From a bacterium (GTDB lineage Bacteria; Desulfobacterota; DSWW01), in contig JBFLZG010000004.1 in NCBI GenBank assembly GCA_040756235.1, positions 1 to 64,000 of the forward strand: DNA of 64,000 nucleotides, written 5' to 3'. The position numbers and the translations under genes were made by a program. A model generated the notes under the pieces. It worked only from the letters and a program-made list of their open reading frames with translations. It did no database searches and was not told where the DNA came from. Numbering within the stretch: position 1 is the first letter of the stretch; every line of letters begins with the position of its first letter. Shown piece by piece: positions 18,996-28,269 of this stretch.

Positions 18996-19760
18996 ATGGA
19001 AGGACGAGACTGGAGAGTCGGCTGTGCGGGCTTTCCCGTGAGCAGAGAGAAGTATTTCGCCGCACTCGATCTGGTCGAGCTCCAGGACACCTTCTATGAC
19101 CCGCCGACCGAGCGTGCTCTGGGCCGGATGCGGCGGGGGGCGCCCGAGGGCTTCGTCTTTGCTCTGAAGGCCTGGCAATTGATCACCCATCCTCCATCTT
19201 TTCAGGGATACGCCAGGATCCGGAGGAGGTGGGACCGCGGCCTGGGGGCCCGGTTCGGGCATTTTCAGGCCGGAGAGGATGTGCGCTGGGCCTGGAGCGT
19301 CCTCAGGGCAGCGGCCGAAGCCCTGAGAGCAGGGGCCATCCTGTTCCAGACGCCTCCGACCTTCACCCCGACCGCGGAGAACCGGAAGCACATGGCCGGG
19401 TTCTTCGCCGAAATCGAGCGGGGGCCCTGGCGCCTTGTCTGGGAGCCCCAGGGCGTCTGGGACGACCAAGATGTGGAGGAGATCTGTCACAGATTAGGGC
19501 TGGTTCCGGCCGTCGATCCGCTCGTGAGCCGTCCCATGCCGGGCGAGTTCTTCTACTGCCGACTGCGCAGGCCCAAGCACCGGCGGCCCGGCTATACGGA
19601 GGATGATTTTGCCCGCATCTCCGACAGGGTCCTCTCGCAGGAGCGCCCGGGCGGCGCGCAGCACGGTCACTTCATCTTCGACTCGCCAGCGTCTTTTCGC
19701 GATGCCGAACGATTCCGCAGATGGCTTGCCGAACAGGACCGCGTCAACGGATCAGCGTGA
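18996..19760 (+). CDS. DUF72 domain protein
   Basis: VGCAGF, VELQDTFY, FALKAWQLITH, LFQTPPTF, WEP. Confidence 0.9.
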   Translation: MEGRDWRVGCAGFPVSREKYFAALDLVELQDTFYDPPTERALGRMRRGAPEGFVFALKAWQLITHPPSFQGYARIRRRWDRGLGARFGHFQAGEDVRWAWSVLRAAAEALRAGAILFQTPPTFTPTAENRKHMAGFFAEIERGPWRLVWEPQGVWDDQDVEEICHRLGLVPAVDPLVSRPMPGEFFYCRLRRPKHRRPGYTEDDFARISDRVLSQERPGGAQHGHFIFDSPASFRDAERFRRWLAEQDRVNGSA

Positions 19761-20903
19761 AAGCCGAATCAGGGAGCTCGTTTTTCGGCGCTTCGCCGGG
19801 GCTGCCGTTTTTCCCTTTCGAGGCTCCTCCTGCGGTGCTCGCAGAAGGTCCACCAGGTCCAGCGTCATCTTGGGAAAAAAATAATCTTTGTCGGCCACGA
19901 TCCAGGCGGAGTTCCACGTGCTCCAGTCCGGGGAAGGCCCTACGAAGTCCCACTGCTTGCGCAGGACAGGGGAATGAAATTCCGGATCGACCCGCAGGTA
20001 GAGCCTCTGATCGCTCTTCTGCCTCGGCGGCTGTCCCCTGGGGTAGACCGACAGGTCCCTGCAAATGGGGAGCCCTTTCAGGAACTCCACGAACTCAGTG
20101 ATCATCGTCTGATCCCAATGTGAGGCGCGCTGGTCGATCTCGAATTCGAGGGAAACCGAACCGGCCAAGGGAGGATCCTCGCGGAATCGCCTGAAGCGCG
20201 CCTCCACCGCAACCCGCGTCTGGCGCGGCACATCCAGCAGGGTCCTCAGGCGGTCGCTGTCCCGATAGATCTCATAGAGCAAATACCTCTCAGGTTGTTG
20301 GCCGGCGACCTGGTAGGACCGGAATCGTTTGCCCCCGACCATGAGATCGGCGTCCAGGCCGGTCCACGGATACGTGCACAGGCGAAGGGTCGATTGCCGG
20401 ACCTGGAGCGTGATATCGGGCCCGAACGGGTAGGTCTTGCGAGGATCCATGGGAACGAACAGCCCTCTGCGAACCAGATCCTCGTACCACCTCCTTTCGA
20501 GATGGTTCTTTTCCTGATCATACGGGTCCCTGCAGAGAACGAGAATCCGGAACGGCAGGGCGGAGCTGCTCACGCGGCTGTAGTAGTCCGACGGCAGGTC
20601 GCGATAGAGATGGACCCCGAGCTCGGCGGCCCGCAGGTCTTCGGCCCGCCGCTGCACCGGCTGGGAAAACCGACCGTAGGGGAAACGCCCCAGAAAGTCT
20701 GCGTAAGCGGCAAGGGTGTCCTGCTTCACGGCCGCTTCATAGGACAGCTCTTCAAGCCTCACCTTGGCCCGGGCCGTGCGCTCGTCGCTCCCCGGATGTT
20801 CCTCGAGAAACCGGGCGTACGCCTCGACCGTGTCCGCCTCGACCGCCCTCTGGTAATCCTTGCGGGCTGAACAGCCGGCCAGGACCACGAGGAGGAACAG
20901 CAT
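19752..20903 (-). CDS. Hypothetical lipoprotein with tandem helical repeats
   Basis: Lipobox LAGC and two repeats of D-T-x-x-A-Y-x-x-F-L-x-x-x-P. Start uncertain. Confidence 0.75.
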   Translation of the reverse strand: MLFLLVVLAGCSARKDYQRAVEADTVEAYARFLEEHPGSDERTARAKVRLEELSYEAAVKQDTLAAYADFLGRFPYGRFSQPVQRRAEDLRAAELGVHLYRDLPSDYYSRVSSSALPFRILVLCRDPYDQEKNHLERRWYEDLVRRGLFVPMDPRKTYPFGPDITLQVRQSTLRLCTYPWTGLDADLMVGGKRFRSYQVAGQQPERYLLYEIYRDSDRLRTLLDVPRQTRVAVEARFRRFREDPPLAGSVSLEFEIDQRASHWDQTMITEFVEFLKGLPICRDLSVYPRGQPPRQKSDQRLYLRVDPEFHSPVLRKQWDFVGPSPDWSTWNSAWIVADKDYFFPKMTLDLVDLLRAPQEEPRKGKTAAPAKRRKTSSLIRLSR

Positions 20904-21066
20904 GAGGCCGACCCGATTCCCGTATCTCGTTCGAAAACCCACCGCGCGCTCCTGATTCGAATGGAAAGCCAACCGGCAAAAGGCACCTGCAGAAGAGGGT
21001 AGGGGCTTGTCCGGGGGCTGTCAATCGAACCGAAGAGAGGCATGTGCGGTGCAGGAAACCGCGGCC

Positions 21067-22221
21067 TCAGTTCCCGAATGTGAGGGTCTTGATCATCCAG
21101 TCGTAGGCGAGCTCTTCCGCGTCGACCGGCTTGACCAGGACCCACCTTCCGAAATCCAGGGGCCCGTGATTGCTGACGAGAAAGTACCCGAGCTCCTCGT
21201 TCGTGTCGCCGTTCCACTGCGGGATCTTGTCGGTATCGTAGGAGAACCCGAGTCCGTGCTGCACCTGATGCAGAACCGTCCTGCCCCTCGGGGCGGTCTC
21301 ACCGGGCGGCGGCGCCTCGCTCAGGTCCCGCTCGACGACCACGGTCTGGTGGATGCCCGTGATCGTCACGCGACCTGTGGTGCAATCCGGGTCGGTGCAC
21401 TCCACGTCCGCGTCCCGCGCCCAGCTGAGAGCGGGACAGGGCGAGTCCGGAACGCCCTCGACGGTGCAGTCGAACATCCTCTTGTAGGTCCAGACGATCC
21501 GTCCCTCCCGGTCCACTTCAATGATCCGGGAAGGCCCGAGGATCGCCACACCCGAGTCGGAAATGATGAAATTCCCGTTGGGCAGCGCATCCGCGTTGTG
21601 CGGCTGCCGGAGATGGGTTGCATCTTCAAAGTCGGAAGACGCCCGAGGTACTCCGCGGACCCCGAAGGACCAGACGATCTCGTCTCCGGCCACTCCGTTG
21701 TCGCACAGCGCCGGATCCAGCTCGATGAACCAATGCTCGTCACGGACCGTGATGAGCAGGTGCCCGCTGTGGATGCCATCCCCCAGGAAGTTGGCGTCAT
21801 TGGGGTAGTCAAAGGTCATTTCAGGGCAATCCAGGTTGCTGTCCCAGAGCACGGCCTTTTCGGGGTAGCCGATCACGAGGACCCGGTTGTTGCACGAATC
21901 GGAGACGATCATCTGGTCTCCTGCCGGGTTGAGATCGGCATTGTGGGCACCGTTGAGAAGGTCCGCTTGATAGTCATACGCCCACAACACGGCTCCCGAG
22001 AGATCGACCCGATAGATGGCGCTGTCCTGTCCGGTGGTGCAGGGCAGATCGTGCCCCAGATCGGTGATGAAGAGCTCGGTGGGGTTCCCGGATTCGTCGG
22101 TAGCCGCCACATCCACATCCCCGGGGAAAAATATCCCTTCGTAATGGCAGCCGGCGAGAATCGACCAAACCGGCAGAAGCAGAATCAGAATGCCCACAAT
22201 CCACCGACGTTCGAGCACCAT
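21067..22221 (-). CDS. Arylsulfotransferase-like beta-propeller lipoprotein
   Basis: Lipobox LAGC and repeated blades HNAD, PNDAN, PHNADALPNGN, WARDAD. Confidence 0.7.
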   Translation of the reverse strand: MVLERRWIVGILILLLPVWSILAGCHYEGIFFPGDVDVAATDESGNPTELFITDLGHDLPCTTGQDSAIYRVDLSGAVLWAYDYQADLLNGAHNADLNPAGDQMIVSDSCNNRVLVIGYPEKAVLWDSNLDCPEMTFDYPNDANFLGDGIHSGHLLITVRDEHWFIELDPALCDNGVAGDEIVWSFGVRGVPRASSDFEDATHLRQPHNADALPNGNFIISDSGVAILGPSRIIEVDREGRIVWTYKRMFDCTVEGVPDSPCPALSWARDADVECTDPDCTTGRVTITGIHQTVVVERDLSEAPPPGETAPRGRTVLHQVQHGLGFSYDTDKIPQWNGDTNEELGYFLVSNHGPLDFGRWVLVKPVDAEELAYDWMIKTLTFGN

Positions 22222-22679
22222 ATTTCCGCCTCGCTTTCCCGGAGCAAGCCGCTGCGCGGGGTGCCTCCGTAAGGGATCCTCGAGAAGTCGGCCGGCATAC
22301 ATCCGATTATGGATGCTCACGATATCCAGGTCAATAAATAGTTTCTATAAGATAGTCTTCTTCGCGCGTGGACGGGGCCGCTGCCAGGGGGCCTCTCGCT
22401 CGAAAACACACGGGTGCTCCTGATTCGCATGGCATGCCGGGCCGGCAAAAGGCTGCTGCGGAAGAACAGAGGTATGGGCTGGCCGGGAGCCGTCCAGCGG
22501 AAACGGAAACGCGCTTGAACCAGGGGGCCCGAGCCGGGTACGATGGATGCATGAGCGGCTCTTGTGCTTCGTGAGCTGCCGGGCTGCGGCGGCAAGTGGT
22601 TCCTGGCGGCGGTGCGGGCGCCATGGGCGCAACGCAGCAGATGGCCGTTTATCGCCGGCCTCAGCGAGAGGAGGGACCG

Positions 22680-23234
22680 ATGGCCTATACGTTCGAGTCT
22701 TTGGCGAGGTCCGCTGATCGGGACCTGGAGTACGTGATGCGCAGGGGCGGCACGCCCGAGTTAGAAGGTCTGGTCGGCTATGACTTCAAGGGGTACAACC
22801 TGCCTCTGATCACGCAGGTGCTGGGATTCAGAAAATTCAAAAAGGGCTTCTTTCTGGACGAGGGACAGTCCGTCGAGGGCGGCGAGATCTCGGGATACAA
22901 CATGGTCGTGGAGCAGGACGGGCTCGACGCTGCGTGGACCGCGAAACCCAGTGAGAGCGATCCTCGACGCCACAGCTTCTTTCGCGTCTACAAGGTCCGG
23001 CACTCCGAGCTGGACAGCCTCTACCCGGCCGCCCTTCTGCTGAACTACTCGATGGGCTCCAACCCGCTGTGGAACCCGGCCAGAACGCTGCGGGACTATC
23101 TCGTCCAAGTGGATCCTGCGAACCCGAATCTGCTCCTGGGAAAGGCCTACGTCGCCTTGGGGACGCTCCGGGCCTTTCCGAGCTTCTTTGTCCTGGAAAG
23201 GCAGAACGAGTCCTCTTACAAGGGCGGTCGATGA
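22680..23234 (+). CDS. Hypothetical protein (184 aa)
   Basis: GAGGGA RBS and globular composition (FRKFKKGF, LRDYLVQV, LLGKAY). Confidence 0.8.
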   Translation: MAYTFESLARSADRDLEYVMRRGGTPELEGLVGYDFKGYNLPLITQVLGFRKFKKGFFLDEGQSVEGGEISGYNMVVEQDGLDAAWTAKPSESDPRRHSFFRVYKVRHSELDSLYPAALLLNYSMGSNPLWNPARTLRDYLVQVDPANPNLLLGKAYVALGTLRAFPSFFVLERQNESSYKGGR

Positions 23235-23435
23235 CTGCCTTCTGACCCCCGCGCCGGGAACTGCGGAGCGGCAAGAACCTGCTTGCGCAACCGCCTCGGG
23301 CGGCTCAGCCTACCGTTGCCGCATGAAGGCCACGAGGTCCGCGTTTCCTTCCTTCGTCGGCTTCGACCTCTCCGGACCCAGGTTGAAGAGCTCGACCCCC
23401 CCGGGGCAAGAGCCGCCCGCCGCGTTCAAGACTCG

Positions 23436-23455
23436 GATTTTACATTGATTTTACA
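23436..23455 (+). promoter_or_regulatory. 11-bp-period direct repeat, candidate OmpR/PhoB-family binding site
   Basis: GATTTTACA-TT-GATTTTACA, upstream of an extended -10-like TGGTAATCT (23485-23493). Confidence 0.6.
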
Positions 23456-23526
23456 AAACCTTTCTGCCCAGGCAGCGATCGAAGTGGTAATCTGATCGGG
23501 CCGTGAACTTTGCCGGGAGTCCGCCC

Positions 23527-25278
23527 ATGAAGAGGAAACTGCGGGTCGCACTGGTGGAGCTGTACGCCACCCAAGGTGGAAGCCTGTGGGCTCCGCGGAT
23601 GAGGGACTTGTACTCGCTGTTCAAGCTTCCTTCCCGCGCAATCGACCTCCTGGCTGCGATCCTCGAACGGACCGGCCTGGCCGCGGTGGAAGCTTTCAAT
23701 CCGCTCTACGGCTCGCCCGGAAAGCGGATCCGGGCGGAGGACCTCCGCAGGCTGGCTGCCATGGATGTGGTCGGGATCTCTTCCATCACGCGCACCCAGC
23801 CTCCCTCCTATCAGCTCGCGGCGCGCCTGAGGGAGCTGAACCCGAAGATCTGGATCCTGTTCGGCGGCCCGCACGTGACGGCCCTTCCGGAGGAGGCGCT
23901 CCAGCACGGGGACGTGGTGATCCGCCACGAGGGGGATGCGACCATCGCCGAGCTCGCGATGAGGTTCGCCGAGGATCTCGAGGCCCCGGTCCTGGAGGAC
24001 GTCCCCGGCATCAGCTTCAGGGACCGCCGGGACGGCGCCTTGCACAGCAATCCGGACAGGCCATTCCTGACCGACGAGGAGCTTTCCGATCTTCCCTTCC
24101 CCGTGTTTCCGCCGGAGGTCCTCAAAGGGATCGGCAACTCCGTGATCATCTCGTCCCGGGGCTGCCCCTTCGATTGCGAATTCTGCGCGGTCATCACGCA
24201 TTTCGGCGCCCGTTACCGGGCCATGGATGCGGAACGGACGGTCGAGCTCATCGAGCACACGGTGCGCCAGACCCGCAAGCCGATCTTCTTCGGCGACGAC
24301 AATTTCCATGCGAACCCGGCCAGGACGCGGCAGATTCTCGAGAAGGTCCTTTCCAGGGGAATCTCCATGCCCCCGTGGGGCGCGCAGGTCAGGGTCGAAG
24401 CCGCGCGCGACACGGAGGCGCTTGCCCTCATGAAGCGGGCCGGTTGCCAGAGGGTCTACGTCGGCTTCGAATCGATCAACGAGGAGACGCTGAAGCTCTT
24501 CAACAAGCGCTCGACCCGTGAAAAGAACGAGCTCGCCATCCGTGGTTTCCACCAGGCCGGGCTGGCGGTCCACGGCATGTTCGTGCTCGGCTCGGACGCC
24601 GATACGGTGGATACGGTGCGGGAGACGGTCCGCTTCGCCAAGCGCATGATGCTCGATACGGCCCAGTTCTTCTGCCTGACGCCGCTGCCGGGGACCCCGC
24701 TTTCCCAGCGCTACGGCCGGGAGGGCAAGGTCCTGAGCCGTCACTGGCACCTGTACGATGCCCATCACGTGACCGTGCGCCCGGAGAGGATTGCGCCCCA
24801 CGTGCTCCAGGATGAGCTCATCCGGGGGCACATGGACTATTACTCCTTCAGGGAGGCCGGGCGGTTTCTGATGTTTTCGAGGACGGCAAGGGTGTACAAC
24901 GCCGGGATCCGGCTCGCGGGGAAGTTGTTGGCCGCAAGGATCGGAAAGCAGATGCAGCCCTACCGTGACCGGCTCATGGCCCTGGACCACTGGTCGCAGG
25001 AGCTGGAAACGCGGCACCGGACGCTGCGGGACCACTTGACCAACCGCATCCAGGAGCTCGGCAAGGGGCTTTCGCAGAGCACCGAATCCCTGCGGGCCTC
25101 GGGGGAGGATTTCGTCCGGTGGTTGCGCGAGAGCGCCGCATCGGCGCCCAAGGAATTCTTCGCCTACTGCCAGCGCCAGGCCGCCCGTCATCTCGAGAAG
25201 GCGCAGTCCCTGGTCGTCTCCCCGGGAGTCGCGACCTCCGACCATCGAGCCCTCGGGAAACTACCCCCAGGCCGTTGA
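23527..25278 (+). CDS. B12-binding-domain radical SAM protein with C-terminal helical extension
   Basis: FGGPHVT, SRGCPFDCEFC, FFGDDNF, VGFES, TPLPGT. Confidence 0.93.
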   Translation: MKRKLRVALVELYATQGGSLWAPRMRDLYSLFKLPSRAIDLLAAILERTGLAAVEAFNPLYGSPGKRIRAEDLRRLAAMDVVGISSITRTQPPSYQLAARLRELNPKIWILFGGPHVTALPEEALQHGDVVIRHEGDATIAELAMRFAEDLEAPVLEDVPGISFRDRRDGALHSNPDRPFLTDEELSDLPFPVFPPEVLKGIGNSVIISSRGCPFDCEFCAVITHFGARYRAMDAERTVELIEHTVRQTRKPIFFGDDNFHANPARTRQILEKVLSRGISMPPWGAQVRVEAARDTEALALMKRAGCQRVYVGFESINEETLKLFNKRSTREKNELAIRGFHQAGLAVHGMFVLGSDADTVDTVRETVRFAKRMMLDTAQFFCLTPLPGTPLSQRYGREGKVLSRHWHLYDAHHVTVRPERIAPHVLQDELIRGHMDYYSFREAGRFLMFSRTARVYNAGIRLAGKLLAARIGKQMQPYRDRLMALDHWSQELETRHRTLRDHLTNRIQELGKGLSQSTESLRASGEDFVRWLRESAASAPKEFFAYCQRQAARHLEKAQSLVVSPGVATSDHRALGKLPPGR

Positions 25279-25307
25279 AAAAGCCAATCCGGTCACCCCT
25301 GTTGCGA

Positions 25308-25336
25308 GTAAGGGGTGAAAGATCTTTCGCCCCTGC
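25308..25336. repeat. GTAG-family REP copy (degenerate)
   Basis: GTAAGGGGTGAAAGATCTTTCGCCCCTGC. Confidence 0.7.
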
Positions 25337-25493
25337 GATTGAACGAGGAAGTGGCAGCAGATCGGGGCCGTCCATGCCCACGGGCGCCGGTCGCCTTTTG
25401 CCCAGGTCCGCGGATTCACATAGAATGGAGGTACGGGAAACGGCTTGAGGGCCGGCGCAAGGTTTCCTTCCCTGGATCGTTCGGAGGCCGCCC

Positions 25494-26540
25494 GTGCAGC
25501 GCGTCCTGGGTTTCCGTTCTTCCCTGATCTTCTTCGTTCTGATCAACATCGCCTGGCTCGGGCTGGTGGCTCTCTGGATCTATTACTCCGTGAACAATTA
25601 CCAGATCATCCGGCGCATCTCGCTCAACTTTCAGTTCGGGCCCGCCGGTATGGGACCTCCCTGGATCGTCTGGTTCGGGGCCGGGATCCTCATGCTCTTC
25701 CTGCTCCTGGGCATCATCGTGATCTACACGTACTACCGGAAGCAGGCAGGCTTGAATCTTCTCCATCAGAACTTCATCTCCAGCGTCACCCACGAGCTCA
25801 AGTCCCCTCTGGCTTCTCTGCAGCTTTACCTGGAGACGCTGGCGCTCCGAGACCCGCCGGCTCCGGACCGGACCGCCTTCCTGCAGAGGATGCAGGAAGA
25901 TACCGAGCGGCTTTCAACGCTGATCCACAACATCCTGCTCGTCTCACAGCTCCAGAGACTCAAGATCGAGTACGCTTTCGAGTGGACCCCCCTGGACGAA
26001 CGGCTGGCGAGCTACCTGGAGGAGAAGAAGCGCAAGCACGGCTGGGAGGCTGCCCAGCTCATCGTGAGGCTCTCGCCCGGAGTGCGGGTCCGCCTTGATT
26101 GGGACAATTTCAAGGTCGCCCTCGACAATGTCGTGGAAAACGCGATCCGCTACTCGCCGGATCGTTTCTGGCTGAAGGTGGGGCTGCAGGTGGAAGGGGA
26201 AGCTTGCGTGCTTTCCTTTGAAGACAAGGGGGTGGGGATTCCCCGCGAGGAGCAGGGGAACATCTTTCGCATCTTCTACAGGATCGGCAGGCGGCCACCG
26301 GACCGGGTGGTGCAAGGCACGGGGCTCGGCCTCTACATCGCCAACAGCATCGTCCAGGCCCACGGAGGCAAGATCCAACTCAGGAGCGACGGCGCGGACA
26401 AGGGGACCACTTTCTTCATCCGGCTCCCGCTCTCCGGCGTCCCTCCAAAACACCGGCAGCGTCCGGAATTCTGGATGCCCTCGCTGCCATTCCGCAGCCA
26501 TGAAAGAGCTCAGCACAAAAATTCTCCTCGTGGAGGATGA
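25494..26540 (+). CDS. Membrane sensor histidine kinase
   Basis: 2 TM helices, VTHELKSPL, ENAIRY, DKGVGI, GTGLGL. Confidence 0.93.
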   Translation: MQRVLGFRSSLIFFVLINIAWLGLVALWIYYSVNNYQIIRRISLNFQFGPAGMGPPWIVWFGAGILMLFLLLGIIVIYTYYRKQAGLNLLHQNFISSVTHELKSPLASLQLYLETLALRDPPAPDRTAFLQRMQEDTERLSTLIHNILLVSQLQRLKIEYAFEWTPLDERLASYLEEKKRKHGWEAAQLIVRLSPGVRVRLDWDNFKVALDNVVENAIRYSPDRFWLKVGLQVEGEACVLSFEDKGVGIPREEQGNIFRIFYRIGRRPPDRVVQGTGLGLYIANSIVQAHGGKIQLRSDGADKGTTFFIRLPLSGVPPKHRQRPEFWMPSLPFRSHERAQHKNSPRGG

Positions 26541-27204
26541 GAAGAACCTGGCCGAGGGGCTGGCCTACAATCTCCGGTGCGAGGGTTACGAAGTCGCTAT
26601 CGCCGGGGACGGGTGGGAAGCGATCCGCATGTTCGAGGAAGGCGGGTGGAGCCTGATCGTCCTGGATCTCATGCTGCCCCGGATGGACGGTCTGGACGTG
26701 GCCAGACGGGTACGGCAGAACGACCTGCAGGTGCCGATTCTGGTCCTGACGGCCAAGGGCCGGGAGGAGGACCGGGTCGAGGGGCTGGCCAGCGGGGCGG
26801 ACGACTACCTGACCAAGCCGTTCCACCTCAAGGAGCTCCTCCTCCGTGTGCAGGGGATGCTGCGCCGCAGGAGCTGGTACCGGCAGATGCCGCCTGCGGG
26901 AGCGCCCTATCATTTCGGCGCCAGCTGCTGGGTGGACTTTGCCAGTCACAGGGCCGCAGGTCCTTCCGGACCCAGGGAGCTGACGGACAAGGAGACCGGA
27001 ATCCTGCGGCTTCTGGTCGAGCGGGAGGGCGAGGTCGTCACGCGCGAGGAAATGCTCACGACGATCTGGGGGTATCACCCCGACGTGGAGACCCGCACGG
27101 TGGACAACTTCATCCGGCGCTTGAGGACCTACTTCGAGCAGGATCCTTCGGCTCCGCGACATATCCTGTCGGTACGGGGTATGGGCTACCGCTTCGAACG
27201 GTAG
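26500..27204 (+). CDS. OmpR-family response regulator
   Basis: LLVEDE, LDLMLP, GADDYLTKPF, winged helix RTVDNFIRRLR, VRGMGY. Confidence 0.95.
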   Translation: MKELSTKILLVEDEKNLAEGLAYNLRCEGYEVAIAGDGWEAIRMFEEGGWSLIVLDLMLPRMDGLDVARRVRQNDLQVPILVLTAKGREEDRVEGLASGADDYLTKPFHLKELLLRVQGMLRRRSWYRQMPPAGAPYHFGASCWVDFASHRAAGPSGPRELTDKETGILRLLVEREGEVVTREEMLTTIWGYHPDVETRTVDNFIRRLRTYFEQDPSAPRHILSVRGMGYRFER

Positions 27205-27265
27205 GGGCGTATGGCCCTACGCCCCTACCAGACAACCCGCAGGGCGAAAGATTTTTCGCCCCTAC
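27201..27265. repeat. GTAG-family REP doublet between convergent genes
   Basis: GTAGGGGCGTATGGCCCTACGCCCCTAC (27201-27228) and GCAGGGCGAAAGATTTTTCGCCCCTAC (27239-27265). Confidence 0.8.
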
Positions 27266-27801
27266 GAGATTTCTCCCCGGGCGACCTTTGCCTGCAAGAC
27301 CTGCTCGTAGGTCTTCAAGTCCTTGGCTGAAAAGACGACGAAGCGGACCTCTTGGATCTCCGGGTGTCCCTCCAGGTACTCGGCGACTGTGTGGAGCGCG
27401 ATGCCGGCCGCCTCTTCGATCGGATAGCCGTAGACCCCGCAACTGATCGCCGGGAAGGCCAGGCTCCTGATCTTCTTTGCGGACGCGATCTCGAGGCTCC
27501 TGCGGTAGCAGCTCGCGAGCTTTCTCGCCTCGCCCTGCGTGCCTCCGCGGTAGACCGGGCCCACCGTGTGGATCACGTACCGGGAGGGGAGGCGATGGCC
27601 GCCGGTCAGCTTGGCGTCGCCGGTCTCGCACCCTCCCAGGGTGCGGCACTCGGCGAGAAGATCGGGACCGGCCGCGCGGTGGATTGCGCCGTCGACTCCG
27701 CCGCCGCCGAGCAGGGTCGAGTTGGCCGCATTGACGATGGCATCCACCTCCTGCCGTGTGATGTCGCCCTGGACGAGCTTCATCTTGTTTCGTATCGACA
27801 T
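27262..27801 (-). CDS. Macrodomain O-acetyl-ADP-ribose deacetylase (YmdB-like)
   Basis: GDIT, AIVNAAN, GGGVDGAIHRAAG, VIHTVGP, AFPAISCGVYGYP. Confidence 0.95.
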   Translation of the reverse strand: MSIRNKMKLVQGDITRQEVDAIVNAANSTLLGGGGVDGAIHRAAGPDLLAECRTLGGCETGDAKLTGGHRLPSRYVIHTVGPVYRGGTQGEARKLASCYRRSLEIASAKKIRSLAFPAISCGVYGYPIEEAAGIALHTVAEYLEGHPEIQEVRFVVFSAKDLKTYEQVLQAKVARGEIS

Positions 27802-27837
27802 GGGCAGCCCTCCTCCATCAGAGGCGCTGAATCGAAC

Positions 27838-27864
27838 CAGGGGCGAATCATCATTCGCCCCTAC
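27838..27864. repeat. GTAG-family REP copy
   Basis: CAGGGGCGAATCATCATTCGCCCCTAC. Confidence 0.75.
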
Positions 27865-27867
27865 CTC

Positions 27868-28269
27868 TCAACCGTCCTCGTCGACTTCGATCCTGCCGCG
27901 ATCCGCGTCGACCCGAATGCGGGCATGGTCCGCGATGCGCCCGATCTCGATCCGGTCCATGCAGGGGATCTCCGCAAGAATGGCGCCGACCGCAACGATC
28001 GTTTCGCACTCCCGGTTCAGGATCGCGGCCGGAGCAGTTCCCGACTTCTTCATCCGATAGAGCGTGTAGCTGCCCACGGTGGACCCCTTGCCGTTCGGGA
28101 AGACGAGGATCTTGCCGGTCATACACCTGCCCTCGAGGGGATGTCCCTTTTCCTGCACGATGCCCGTCTCCGGATCTACGCCGCCGTAGAACGAGATCGC
28201 CTCCTCGGAGACCAGCGCGCGCCCCTCTGCCTGGCCGGGGTAAATCGTTCTTCCGATCTCGGTTTTCAT
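27868..28269 (-). CDS. Aconitase X small (swiveling, DUF126) subunit; putative phosphomevalonate dehydratase small subunit
   Basis: ISFYGGVDPETG, HPLEG, GKILVFPNGKGSTVGSY, IVAVGAI. ATGA overlap with the large subunit. Confidence 0.9.
   Translation of the reverse strand: MKTEIGRTIYPGQAEGRALVSEEAISFYGGVDPETGIVQEKGHPLEGRCMTGKILVFPNGKGSTVGSYTLYRMKKSGTAPAAILNRECETIVAVGAILAEIPCMDRIEIGRIADHARIRVDADRGRIEVDEDG

Noticed and set aside
23310..23430. Short minus-strand frame (...VELFNLGPERSKPTKEGNADLVAFMRQR)
   Set aside because: About 39 codons with no RBS. It cannot be supported as a gene or pseudogene.
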